Shown here: positions 11,487-24,548 of the stretch, in pieces
Numbering within the stretch: position 1 is the stretch's first letter
Layout of the letters: every line of letters starts with the position of its first letter
Source of the DNA: Thalia democratica
Lineage: Eukaryota
Assembly: GCA_965202585.1 (NCBI GenBank)
Contig: OZ241831.1
Coordinates: forward strand, 26,846,001-26,910,000
Length of the DNA: 64,000 bases
Direction: 5' to 3'
The notes under the pieces: model-generated
Databases searched by the model: none
Told to the model about the DNA's origin: nothing
Seen by the model: the letters and a program-made list of their open reading frames with translations, nothing else
Position numbers and translations under genes: made by a program

Positions 11487-13699
11487 TTACTTTATTTCTT
11501 ACAACAACCTTATTCAATATATTTGAAATCTATCGAAACATTGCTTTTAATATTTTTTACTAGTGTGTGAATACTTGTTTTATTTTTTTAAACAAATGTG
11601 TCACCTTTTTGAAATTTTAATGAACAGTTATCCACGTAAATTGTTGTAGAGTAAAAAGTTTTTTCCAATTTTTTAAAATACTTAACAATCAAGCTTATTA
11701 AATTCAATTTGTGTAAGCTTATTTTTAATATTGTCCTTTTTTACTCTAAATTTATTGTTTTTGGTAGTTATTTTTAGAAGGCAAAACTATTATATATCAT
11801 TAACGCTCTATTCTATTAAAAGTTTACCAAACCAAGCTTTTAAAAGACACTTGTGTGTTTTAATATTAGTGCCTGTTGATTTTCTGCATACATTTGTGTG
11901 TCTAATTATTAGATATACTCTAATATATGATACAGCTGTTCTACTTCTATGCCTAGAAGTGGTAATTTTCTATCAATGTAGATTTGTATAGTAAACTAAA
12001 AGTAGGGAGTTAGTGAATTTAATATGTTTGATTTATTGCATTTTACGAGAACACGAATACATCGTATAGAGATTGAGAGTTTTCGGTAGACTTTACAAAA
12101 CAGTCTCATAAATATACACTTTGAAAGCAAAAATTTTGAACTATTTGTAAATATGGTTCCTTTAAAACTTGAATAAGGTGTTCGTATCGAAAGTTGTTGA
12201 CAATACGCCTCCAGTTTTTTTAGAGGAACTCAAGTATAAAGGCTTTTAATTTCTAAACTAGTAGAATATTATTAAGTCTATACCAATTTATTTTTTGAAA
12301 AAAGCTACTTATGAATAAGTAGTTTATCTACAATACTTTAAATTGCAGATGGTATAGTAACTCAATAAAGAACATTTCTTCAATAACATGTAAACTTTTA
12401 TTTGAGCAGTAGTTAGTATCCTATGATAATCTATCTGTATACTTATTTTCATTTTTTCTAAAAAGCTTTGAGAAAGAATGGTCTAAGAGCTCACATGAAA
12501 GTAAAAGTGTTAAATTATTCATAGCTATTTTTAAACGTGTAAGATATTGACAGTGTTTAACAATAAACACTATTCAGTATTTAAATAAAAAAAACTGTTC
12601 AGTATTTAAAAAGCACTTGTCGAACAATATTTCTTATTTTTACTGCTTAATTGAATTGTAATAATATTTTTCTTCAAACTTTATAAAGAAAACATTCATC
12701 AAAACTTTTAAGCTGTGTATAATAAAATGTAGGTAAATATTATTCTAAGTGCTAAGGTATTCTACACTTAAAACAAAGTTTAAATTTAGGTTTAATAAGA
12801 GAATTATTGTTCATTGGTTTGCTCAATAAAAACTTTAATTTTATTATTATTAAGACGTTTAATAAAACCTTTTAAAAATTGATTTAAACGTTTATTAAGA
12901 ACAGTTTTATTTTATTATAAAGTGTATATTTTAGTTCGTAAATTTCTCTATTAACTTTTTTTTCTCACACTTAACTAGTTGCAAAGCTTCTAACAAAAAA
13001 TAACTAATTGTTTTGAGTAACACTTTTGAATCGTATGTAAAAAAAAAATTACCTTTCATTTTAGCTCGTTGCGAAAATAAAAAGTAGAAAACATGTTTCA
13101 CCACTAATGGTACTTTAAAAAAATATTAGTTTTTATTAAACTAGTTGGTGTTTTTGTTAAATATTTGAACAGACTTTAATAATTTGTAGAAGTTTTTGAA
13201 AAATTAAAAAGCTGATTTTTATATCGAAAAGTTATTCCTATCATAGATATCAGTAATACTTTTACATCAAGTTTTTTTTTAAACTACTGATGTTATAAAA
13301 TAAAACAAATCGTTGAATGAAGCAATACGAAACTTAAAAAGAATTATTTCACAAAGTTTTCGAACATAACAAAGTTATTTTTAATTACCACAATGTAAAA
13401 GGAATGTTTATAAGGAACTGTTCGGAAAATATTTGTTTTAGATACAAAGAAAATAGTTTCTCAAAGGTTACAATGAACTTATTCCCTTCTAATTAACGTT
13501 GTTTGGCAAACAAATACAAAGTATTCACCATCTGTAGAAAAAAATCAAGTCGATTTTGACTGTGATTATGAAGTTAAAAAAAAAGAGAAAATGTAAAACC
13601 GCTAAAAACTGGTGCTAGAAAAAATTGAGCTAAATATCTTTATCAATTTAGTTTGTCAAGTTTTCTCATGTTTTTTTACTTGTATTTAAAACTAAACCA

Positions 13700-14150
13700 T
13701 CTACAAGATAATAAAAACGAAACTTTAGTGCCACAGATTTAACACGTGGTATAAACAAAAGATAACCACTAAATTTTATATATTAATGTGCAGCACACCA
13801 CTACCATCTATAACAGATCAAAATTTGTTGAATGTTCAAAAAAAAAACTTTGAGTTGGCAAAAAGACAACATATGGTGATGTATTTAAAACTTAACTGTA
13901 CTGAAAACTGCTGTGAAGGATTTGAATAAAGAAAAAGTTTAAAAAGTAATCAAGAGTGAAATTTTAAAAATAACGCTTCTGTTCTTGATGAAACTAGTAG
14001 AAAAAATTGTTTTAGACTTTTATTTTTTAGAACTGATATCTGTATAAGTTTACCTATTATTTATAAGTTTAAATTGATTAAAAACAATCAGAACTAAGAT
14101 AAAAATAAATGTCTAATAGTAATCAGAAATAAAGAAAATACTGCTTTTTT
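13700..14150 (+). mobile_element. Possible degenerate hAT transposase remnant
   Basis: A broken frame reads ..RGINKR*PLNFIY*CAAHHYHL, resembling the hAT (H)CAAH.LNL motif. Little other recognisable similarity. Confidence 0.3.
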
Positions 14151-17100
14151 AGAAAATGTAAAAATTTAACTAGTAAGTAATGAAAAAGTTATAGTTGATG
14201 AAGTTTCATAAGTATTAAGTATACTTCAAGTTGTAAACACTATAACATAATATAGCGTTTTTGAAAACAATCATACAAATACATTTGTTTCACTATGCTT
14301 CGTTGCGGGTTTTCATCAATGTACTGTACAAGAAATAGATTAACATAAGTTGGTATAATAATATGCACAATTCCTAAACATTTTTAATAAAACTTTTGTG
14401 GTTTGTTTACTTGCATTCTGTTATAAATAAGATAACAATGACAACATTAAGTAAATATTTTATATATTTTTTTAATATTACGTAATAATAAGAAAAGTAT
14501 TTAGCATATTTACTTAGTAGGTTGACGGATGTTGATGTTCAACCATAGAAATTTTTTAGCGATTATAAAATTTAAGTAAACACTTATTTAAATACTGTTT
14601 AGAGTAATTAAGGAAAGAAATAAAAGTTTTTATTTCACTTGCTTTAAAAAAGTCTAATATATATTCTAATATAGACAATTACATATATAGTATATAATAC
14701 AATGGTTAAGTAGTTAGTTGTACTTGATATAATAGATACGCTAGTGATAATTGATAACTAACTTTACCCTAATAATAATAAGCAAATTATTTCTTTTGTT
14801 TTCAAATGATAAAATTCTATAAAACGATCTTATCTCTTAATGCTTTTTTCCTCAACATAAACAGTGTTTCGATAATTATAAATAAGAAATTTACAATTCA
14901 AAGTTTCAATTTTACTTATAACTTAAAACAAGTTATCATCAGGTAGCTGTTAACTATAACTTAACTTGTTGCATGAGTCAGTAGCATTAAATGTATATTA
15001 CTCGTATCTTCAAAACATATGGTACATAGTTTATTATACAGTAATAAAAAAAATTCAAAAAACTTTATTGTCTACAAATGGAAAATGTTTTTTAGTGTTG
15101 TTCAAAGGCACAGTATACATCAAGTACACAGAACCACTTTATTGATAAGTATGTCGAGTTTGAAATTGTTCAGTATTAATATTTAATAAAATTAGTATTA
15201 TCTTGCAAAGATTTAATGTGAAAAAGTTTATGACATTGAATAAAACTGCATTTATAAGTATTGATACAGATAGTTTTAATGTTTTATATATTTACTTACT
15301 AAAGATGTTTAATAATAAAAAAAAAGTGAGACAAGTTTTTTGAAGTATGATAAAAACAATATTTTAAAGTACTTAATTTAAAAAGCAGTGTTAACTTTAT
15401 ACTTTTTTACAAAACATATTTATTGAGCAAACTAAGTTTTGTTGAAAGATCTCGTCAGTACATTAAATAAATAACTATGTAAAATTATATAGAAGCAATT
15501 GAAAATAAAATGTTAGTTGAGCAATTCTTTAATACTTTAATCAAAAGCAAAAAATACACACTAAACATCTAATACTTTATAAAGGTGTAGATATCGATAT
15601 TTTTTATTGATTAAAAATTACCTATGTCAAAACAAACTATATATTTTTGGTAGTATAAATGGATTTTTTTATTGGCTGAATTTTGGTAGAAATGTATGCT
15701 AAGAGGTTTTAATTGTTTGTTAGTATATTAAAATTAAGTAAACTACAGTTTTTAAAGAAATATATTTAGAAAAACTTAGAATTAATCTTTTTAAACTTGC
15801 ATACTCACGACTTAAATATAATTAATCAGCTTCAGGAGCATATACTAGGTGACATAGTTTAAAAAAAATATGCTAAAAGTTTGCTTAAAAATTTAATACC
15901 TTCGTGTTGCTTTATAAATTGAATTCAAAATTATATTTTAGTTTACATGCAAAAAAAAAAACGCTTAAAAGTAATAAAACCTTATAAACAGTGCTTTTTA
16001 TCAATATTAATCATCTTTGAAGTTTGAAGAACTCAAGACACTTTAGATAAATCCAACATGCGATATAGCTTAACAGAGCTTTATAGAGCGAGATTATATC
16101 ATTTTTACTTTGAGAACTGTAGTACATTTGGTATGACTGAAGTAGTTTTACGGTTTATATTTTATTTTTAAAGTAAATTCAGTCAGTTTAAACAATTTAA
16201 ACACATTTGAAATACTTTTAAAATTCTTATTTTTTATGAATTCGTATTTAATTTTAAGATACGTAAAGTTAAAGGTCGGAACGTATTCTTTTTTTTATTT
16301 CATAAAAATTCGAAGTAATTGCATGAGAAGCTATGCGTTAGAAAAGCTGCTGTATCTAACTTTATTTAAAGTTTGTTAGGTAATAAGAGCTTATTGATTT
16401 TTATGAAAGTTTGTAATTCAAGATTTTTTTTTTATTTTAAACTGTAACTATATTTTAGTACTAAACTACATTAATTAAACCCATTTATTTTCTTAGCATA
16501 TAATTTTTGCAACAAAGTTAAAAAAAAAATTCCGAAAAAAGTTGCCAAAAAAAAAAAAAATTTTCCAGACCAAATAAAGTTTCAGGAACAGTCATAAAAA
16601 ACATAAATAAAATAAAGACAATGAAAACTATAAATCTGGAACAAAAATTCGGTTCAGTAAATGATCATAACAATAAAACGAATACGATTCGAAAACACAA
16701 AATTTACATATTAAAGCCTACTGATCAATGAATTCAGACTAAAACAAACCTATTTTCCTTTTATGAAACTTATTACTAATTTGCATTATATAGCAAGTAA
16801 TTGTTAATTGTTTAAGATATGTGAACACGATTAAAATTAAACGGTAAATATAAGATTTTGTAACAATTTCATCAACTATGCTGAACGAAGTTATGAAAAC
16901 AGTCCAAATATATTGAGCGTATAAAATACAAACTAAATAAAGAAAAAAAAAAGTGTGATTATTGAAAGTTTTTTTTATCAAAGTTAAACATAGTTTAAAT
17001 AAAAACATAAAATTTCAATGTATCAATAAGCTGATCTCAGTTAGTATCTTAAATAAGTGACTACTGAATACAAATAAGTTACTACTCTTCTCTCGCAAAC

Positions 17101-17479
17101 TATGAATGAAATAAATTTAAAAATAGATGATTGGTTCACAGAGTTTTTAAAGTACACAGAAAATTACTAAAAAGATTAAAATATGAATATACTGTAGTCT
17201 AGATTGGAGTTTTTCGAAACTTACTGTGCACTGGTGCAAACTTTTAATATTAACTTATGTTCTAGTATAAAAATAACTTTTATAATATTTTAGATGCATT
17301 TGTTACTGAACAGCATACTAAAACTATATACGCAAAAAAAAAATTAAATAAATTGAAAACAAAAACAATACTTCTACGAAAATACATAAAATATAAATTT
17401 GTGTTTTGAAAGTTTTACCTTTAAAGAAAAAAATATTACAAGTGAGCTTTTTGAAACATATCGATGTATATGTCGTAGA

Positions 17480-17880
17480 ATAAGTTCAAAGTTTAAAAAG
17501 GATGATGAAACTGAATGACTTACTCAAATTTGTGTTTGATCAGAAGTCAGATATAGAACGAGCTTTAGACTCTGAAAGTTTTATACATTTTTGCAAATTG
17601 AAGACTTATAATTTTTATAAATAATAATGAGTGTGCCAGGTAACACATATTTTCTCACCAATTTTTCAATTGACAATGCTGTATCGGAGTTCCTGTAGTA
17701 AACGACGATTGCTTCCTGACCTGATTTCTCACGTTGACAGCAGCAAACAACCTGTACTTTATTATTATCCTATCTCTCTGAAATCTTTGTTAACTTCAAA
17801 CTGAATGTCGTAAACGTCCACTGTTTCGCCGGAACCTCCGATCTTGTTGTTTCAAAGTGCTCGCGCACATACTTAATTAA
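17480..17880 (-). mobile_element. Merlin/ISXO2 (IS1016-like) DDE transposase remnant
   Basis: Broken minus frames read IGGSGETVDVYD.. and ..LVRKYVLPGTLII, compared with Merlin consensus-like IGG.G..VE.DES and I...V.PGT.I.SD. Locally raised GC. Confidence 0.5.
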
Positions 17881-20800
17881 AAAAATTGTTTGTTAAAAAA
17901 ATGGTTAGCCGAAGAACAAAGTTAACAAAGTAAGACAAAGTTAATATATTTACGAAGAGATTCACACAGTATAGCCATACGTTTTGCCATACCTTTTACT
18001 CTTAACATCAACTATGTTTAATTTTATATTTTGAACAAATATTTCTAACTGTTTACCTTAATACCGTACTAGTAAGTCATAAACATGAGAATTATTAAAA
18101 GTGTATTTGAACCTTTATTCATTGTCTTTTAACTGTAATTTATAATTTTAATCGTAACATATCTACCCTGTTGCTTGACTCACTCCCTTTGTACTAAAAC
18201 GTTTTTAAATTTTAAATCTCTTAAATCTTATTAGTTTTTGTTAGATTTCAACTTCTTTCCTGTTAAATGGTATCTACAATTACTAGTCCTAATAAAACTA
18301 GAAAGTATAATCACAGTTTAGTGAGACATCTTGTGCGAAAATAACACTCGATAAAACTAGAATTAATTTGTAAAAAATAACTCTCCGTGCAGTTATGATT
18401 TGTTCTCATATGTAATTAAAAATTTTACTAAGTGATTAAATGTTTGAACAATTAGAAGTAAAAACATTTTATAAGAAATGTAATAAAAATAGGTTTGACT
18501 AACTGTTACAAAATTGACTACACTTTTATTTTTAATCTTTGGAACATAAAAATATTTAAATTGATTGCAAGATTTATGAGTTTTTTTCTACAGTGTGAAC
18601 TTAAGACTATAATGACAATATATAAACCTAAGTCTTTAAATTTTGTCATAATTCAAAATCTTTTTCTAAGTGTTATTTTTGTTGTTAATTGAGTTTAAGA
18701 ATATTTTCAGTTTTTGTGCAACTGTGACTGAAATATTTAAGGTCTCAAGAATTTTGCATAAGTAGGTTTTATTCTATTAAATTTTAGCCATTCCCTTAAG
18801 GAAATTTAAGGCTGTTATTTTTGTAAAGTCTCATAAGAACGTATCTTTAAATATTGTATACCTGCCTGATACCTCTACAACTAAACATTTTGTAAAACCT
18901 CACCTCGCAACATTTTTTCCATCATTCAAGCATACTTGCTTAGGTTAACTTACTCATTTTGCAAGCTTTTTTGTATACAAACTCTTTTTTGGCCAACTCA
19001 AATCTATATAACAGCAAATGTGTAATAAATTTCAAAGATAATAGGCAGCAGTTTACTAAGTAAAAAAAACAAATAAGGGCAAATTTAATTAATTTAAAAA
19101 AAAAACTCGAACTAGCCTCTACTTCATTAGTTTTTTTTTAATCAAAAAGAACGTAGCAGGTTGTATTTTAGACTTTCACAAATAGCTTCAAAAAAAAAAA
19201 AGACATGTTAAACAGTTATTTGGATGTAATTCACAAATAACAAAAAATTTTGTGAACCGTAAAATAGATTCAACGCAAACTACTTTTTACAAGTGCACTT
19301 TTTGAGAAATACTAGTACAAATACTAACTTATACTTTTAAACAAACTTTTTTCCATAAAAAAAAAGTAATATTAAGTAATAGTATTATATGTTTCGGTTT
19401 TTAGAAAACAAATAAAGTAATTAATAGTATAATAAGTAGTTTATGTTTAAGTTTAATTTAACACTTTTAAAAATTACGACAAAACTTTTAACAAGAACAG
19501 GTATCAAGACAATTAAAACTATGCAACAAAAACACAAAGATTCAATCAAGCAAATTAAAAACTCAGTCTTATTGGCACTCTTAGAAAATGTAGTTTTAGT
19601 TTGCCCTTTGTATTGATTAAATTTATGTCTTGTGAGGTCTTATTTAAATTCTTTTTTTTTTTGTTAAAATGAGAGTAAAATTTACCGTAGTTTTCAAAGA
19701 TTTAGATACTTAACGACTTTTTAAATTTTGTACTTTTAAATATCAGTAAGGTTTCGTATAGTGTTCTTGTTGTTCTGTTCTACGTAAAAACCAGTTAAAG
19801 AATTTATGTTTTAAAACAAAATCATAAAAAATCATCTTCAAAAGAATTATAGAAAAAGATAATAAACAAGTCAAAAACTGGAAGACATTAGATTTCATCT
19901 TAGATTTTGTTTTTCTTTCTTAACTTCTTGATAAAGCAGATAATAAGTCTGAGAATTCTTTCAACCAAATTAAAAAAAAAATATTATACAGTAACAAAGA
20001 ATGATAAGATGAAGCAAAAAGCGATGAAAATGGATAGTAAAAGTATTCCATATGAACTGTTATTTAACAGCTTATGCATTTATAATAAGTTGATAATAAA
20101 GGATTCTTTAGATCTTAACTTATGTTTTTTAGCTAAGAAGACATACATTTTTAAATGTACTCATGCTTTTGTAGTATGTACTTATATTTTTGATAACAAA
20201 ACGTTTAGGTATTTATAAAAAAAATTTTAGTACATAAGGATGTAATCCTTAATGAACTAAATTTAGTTTGATAAAATAATGCTTTTAAATCAGTTTGCAA
20301 AACACGGATCGTCTCATATGATTTAAAATATCACGGTTTACATTCATCACGTTACAGCTTGTCATAATTTATGAATTCCAAAGCATACCAAGTTAATCAA
20401 TTTTAAACTTTTTTTTCACATAATGGTGCTTAGATTTGTTTTTATAAGTAGATAACTCAACTTTTTTTTATCGTTTATAATATTTAAGTGCTAAAAAGCT
20501 TTCTAAAGTACTACCACTAAATTTAGTTATAAGGTCGAAGTTAAAGCACCTTTATGTTAGTTAAGCTAGAGATAATTTTATTAAATTAAAACGGCTTTGA
20601 TAAGACTCAGACAGAAAAGTTTTGGAGAAAAAACATTTTTCTGATGTTTTAAAATGTTTATAAAAGATGATTATAAGTCTTGATTACTTTTGTTACTTAA
20701 TGGTTAGTGTGTCACTATTATTTTCCATGAAAAAAAAATATTAATAAAGAAAACAAAAACTTACATATGTAGTTGTACAGATTAGACGAAGTCAATAAGA

Positions 20801-21908
20801 AAATATGAACTTACATCTTTTATACAAATACTTTAGTTCAAAAAGATAAATAGGTTATTTATAACTTAAAATTCAGTTTTGATAAGTTATTACAAGCTTT
20901 TTGATAAGCTCTTAATTCGTTCGTGCAATATATGTTTTGCAAATCTTAATAGATATAGTAAAAACTGTTTGTTCTTTATAAACATAAAAAGTTATTAAAC
21001 AAACTCAAATTAAATCTTCAAAGGCTCTGTACATTCATAGGCTCAATTTTTCATAAACCTTTCGTTGTTTAAAATTACTAATTTAGATAAAGCATCGGCA
21101 AAATTCAGCAATTGAAATGTTGTAAAAAACTTGAAGTTGCATACGACTTTGCTTTTATTTTCAGTAAATCCAGTAGCTTTTTCATAGTATTTGAAATATT
21201 TCTTGGTTCGAATAAAATTTTAAGTATAAGTACACGTTACAAACTGTTTTATTTGCTTTACAAGCCCTCATTATTTTAAAGCTATATTTTTTTTTGAAAA
21301 ACAAAACCGTCTTTAAAATTTTGTTAGCTAACACAAAATATTTTAGATTCCTTCAAAATTTTCATTGAAATTAATTTAACAGTTTTCATTAAAATATTTT
21401 ATTATTTTTTTCCTTTAATGGATGTATCGATATAAAAACAATACTTACTGGATATAAGTAATGAATAACTAAGCTGTAAATAACTAGCTTTTATATAATG
21501 TTTATTAGAAATATTTTTTCAGTTTTAATTTAATTTCAGTTTAACCTGCTCTACCTTAATTCTAAAGGCTATATTTAGAGTTAAACAATCTAAGTATATT
21601 AATCAGTTATTGGTAATATGTAGTAACATTAGTATGAGTTTTTAACTTTTCTTTCAAAATTATTGTAAAAGACATTCGATTTCTAATAAATGTAAAAAAT
21701 TTAACATATTTAAAGATGTTAGACTGGAGATCAAGTCTTATTCTTGAAACACAAAACTTACCAATTTAAAAAGTGATTTAGTATAATATTAAAAAAAAAA
21801 ATTAAGTTAAAATTATAATCCATTAAATCTTATCAATGAGGTGAAAAAAAGGATGGTAATCGCATAATTAGAAAGTTGCATAAAAGTTTTTCTGTTTAAT
21901 ATCTAGAG

Positions 21909-22213
21909 CATGGGTCGACTAACTGCGGCCCATGAGATATTTTTCAGCAAAAAACATACTTTTTTAAAGCAATAGAAAAAAAATTGTGGTGAAAACTTAC
22001 AATTAAGCTCTTATCTAAGCTATAACTGATTACTAGCGCTTTTTTAAAGCTTATTTCATCATATTTTTGGTTTAAAATAGTATTTTCGGATAGATAATTG
22101 CAATTATTTTATAAAAACTGCGGCCCGCGAAGGCTTTTTTCTACACAGTGCGGCCCGCGAGAATTTTTTCTGAGAAAATTGGCCAGCGACTTATAAAATG
22201 CTGCCGACCCCTG
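21909..22213. mobile_element. hAT (Charlie-like) MITE, 305 bp, 8-bp TSD
   Basis: Ends CATGGGTCGAC.. / ..TGCCGACCCCTG with subterminal GCGGCCCGCG motifs. TSD ATCTAGAG (21901-21908) / ACCTAGAG (22214-22221), 7/8 match. Confidence 0.85.
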
Positions 22214-22331
22214 ACCTAGAGTAATATTATTATAACTACTGCGTAGATCATAGAATTATAGTTTTTTTTTTTTTTCTAATACTTTTTTCAGTAGTAAAGT
22301 ATGTTTATAATCTATATTAACTATTTTCGAA

Positions 22332-22580
22332 CAAAGGTCGGCAAACTACAGTCCGTGAGCCGGCCTTTTACATTTTTAAGTATAAAAAGTAGTGCTAAAC
22401 TATATTTTCTATAGTAAACTTTTACAAATTTCGCTCTTAAATTAATTACAACTAAACATATACTTTTAGTAGAACTATTATAAATTTCAACGGCCAGAGA
22501 AACACTTTTTTATAAAAAATCCTATCTGCAATACCTTTGTCTAGTAAATTTGGTCCGTAGCTTATAAAAGGTCACTGTCC
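22332..22580. mobile_element. Degenerate hAT MITE of the same family
   Basis: Begins CAAAGGTCGGCAAACTACAGTCCGTGAGCCGGCC; decayed right end ..TTTGGTCCGTAGCTTATAAAAGGTCACTGTCCCT. Confidence 0.55.
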
Positions 22581-22631
22581 CTTATATAGACTGTAAAAAA
22601 TAAACATAACACAGACACGATGTTTTAAAAA

Positions 22632-22637
22632 TTTATT
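22632..22637 (-). terminator. Candidate polyadenylation signal of the RSPH10B-like paralog
   Basis: AATAAA ~210 nt after the stop codon, followed by a GU-rich tract (CGTGTCTGTGTTATGTT). Confidence 0.4.
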
Positions 22638-22847
22638 AAACATAATTTTTGAACTTATAAATTATTCTTAAAATTTTAGCAAAATGTTTTTGCAATAAAT
22701 AGATCTGTTTGATTAAAATTATAAATTTGCAATAAAAGGCCTGAATGGCAGTTAAATGACCTAAAAAGTACAATATATTACTTTAATGCAATGAATGCAA
22801 ACAATGTCTTTTAAAAAAACTAAAATTTTTCAACGAGTGTTTTGAAT

Positions 22848-23930
22848 CTATAAACTATTTACAGCTACAGTGGCATAGCTTCCAAGATGAGCAGCACGGG
22901 TTAATTTCTGATGATTTCTCCAATTTGGAAATAGAATTTTGGTAAAAAAGTTTTGCACTTGTTTTCCCCAAACATTGAAATCGTTTAAAGTGTTCGTGTT
23001 CTTATAGTTGTAGAACTCAGACTCATTTAATCCTGGTAAAACGTCATTAGACAAATTTTTGTTATGGTGCATAAGTTTAACATTGTCGAAACCGTAACAG
23101 AGAGCACACCCAATTAGCGCTTCAAAAAATTCTAAAAAGGTCATTTCCAATTCCATATTACAATTTTCGACGTTGTCAGAACTAACTAAAGGATCATCGA
23201 AAGCGAGTATTTTTAATATTGTTTTAATTGACAAATGTTTGCTTAAAATTTCAAAGTCACGAAGCATGAAAAGAAATTGTCGCATTTTAGGGAGGTTTTT
23301 ATTAGAATAAGTAGCACATAAATACTGATAAACACGCCAAGAATTTTCCATATATAACAAAGCTTTTGTTGCTTTTTTGTTGTCGTTCAAAAATTGTCCG
23401 CTAATAACAAATGAGTAGTTCATTAAATGATCATCTAAAAACCGTTGCAAACATTTTGAAAGTACTATGTTTTCAAATTTTGAATTTAAAAAACAGTCTT
23501 TGTACAAACTGTAACTGATAGCAACACAACACTGAAGAAAGCCAGAGAACTTAAACTTATCAGTAGGATTGTGAATGTCTTTAAACTCAAAGACTATAGA
23601 AGTAAAGTTATCAATATTTGCAAGATTGTGCCCACTTTGGTGATGAACCTTAGTGTCTTTAAAGAATCTCCACAACTGAAATCTAGTCATTGATGAAGTT
23701 TTTTCATCATATTCAAACTTTTTTGGACTCCCAACTTTACAGTAAAACTTGAATATCTTTCTAAATAATACTATATTTCTAAGAATGGCAAAAGTAACTT
23801 GTTTAAGTTCGTTATTTTGGTTATGTTTAGGAAATTTTTCTAACAGTTTGTTTATTTCTAATGTTAAGTTAGGACCTAATACATTTCCACTACCGTCTTT
23901 TGTTACTTTTATTTTAACTAACTTTTCCAT
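22848..23930 (-). CDS. Diverged RSPH10B paralog, C-terminal domain only (no MORN repeats), 360 aa, single ORF
   Basis: Colinear similarity to the neighbour: LRNIVLFRKIFKFY vs LRNVSVLRRVYSFY; MTRFQLWRFFKDTKVHHQ vs MTKLQFWRFVKDCKIHHQ; MRQFLFMLRD vs LRQFLYLFKD; MELEMTFLEFFEALIGCA vs FDMEITFLEFFEALIGCA; FFTKILFPNW vs FFEEIFFPRW. ORF uninterrupted. Confidence 0.85.
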   Translation of the reverse strand: MEKLVKIKVTKDGSGNVLGPNLTLEINKLLEKFPKHNQNNELKQVTFAILRNIVLFRKIFKFYCKVGSPKKFEYDEKTSSMTRFQLWRFFKDTKVHHQSGHNLANIDNFTSIVFEFKDIHNPTDKFKFSGFLQCCVAISYSLYKDCFLNSKFENIVLSKCLQRFLDDHLMNYSFVISGQFLNDNKKATKALLYMENSWRVYQYLCATYSNKNLPKMRQFLFMLRDFEILSKHLSIKTILKILAFDDPLVSSDNVENCNMELEMTFLEFFEALIGCALCYGFDNVKLMHHNKNLSNDVLPGLNESEFYNYKNTNTLNDFNVWGKQVQNFFTKILFPNWRNHQKLTRAAHLGSYATVAVNSL

Positions 23931-24548
23931 AGCTTTAATTCCAACCGTTATGTAGTTTAAACTCTGTATATAACATTTATATTCAATATATTTATAACTG
24001 GTTAACTGTAATAAATTTTTAAGTATTATTACTACTTTAGAATATGAATATGTTAGTTTTCAATTTATAAAACTACGAATAAAGTATGTATTAAAAATTG
24101 CAAGTACTTGAAATTTGGTCCTTAAAACCACTGAAATAAAGAAAAATATTGCCAATGACACTGTTATATACAATTTTGCATAATTTCACTACAACCATTT
24201 ACAGTTTTTTAAAGTTTTCTACAGACTAGCTGTATAAATAAAAGAAAATAAAAACATAACATTAACTTTTCAAAAAAAAAAAACTTAAAAATGTTTAGTT
24301 ATTTTAATGACGAGGTTAAACTTTTTATTTATAAAGTATTTTTATTATTGTATTTAAATCGTCTACTAAGTTTGTAACACAAATTCTAGCATTAATGTGC
24401 TTATAACCTTAAAAATATTTTGGTGAAATATTTCTGAGAATTATAAGTTAACATTTTTTTATGATACATTACGTATAGAAAAGAAAGAACTTAAAAAAAA
24501 GTGAAGTACACAATCACAGCTTTATTGTTAAATTACTTAAGTATTTAT

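Larger units (their letters stand above)
7235..11560 (-). mobile_element. Near full-length CR1-clade LINE, inactivated by frameshifts
   Basis: Contains ORF1, APE endonuclease and RT in order on the minus strand. The 3' UTR has a CTCGGG/CCCGAG stem-loop (~7270-7290) followed by an AATAAA and (AAT)n-like tail near 7235-7258. The 5' boundary is approximate and no TSD was found. Confidence 0.9.

Noticed and set aside
14895-14945. CTGATGA + hairpin on the minus strand
   Set aside because: Eleven unpaired bases separate the stem from GAAA and the G10.1-C11.1 pair is absent.
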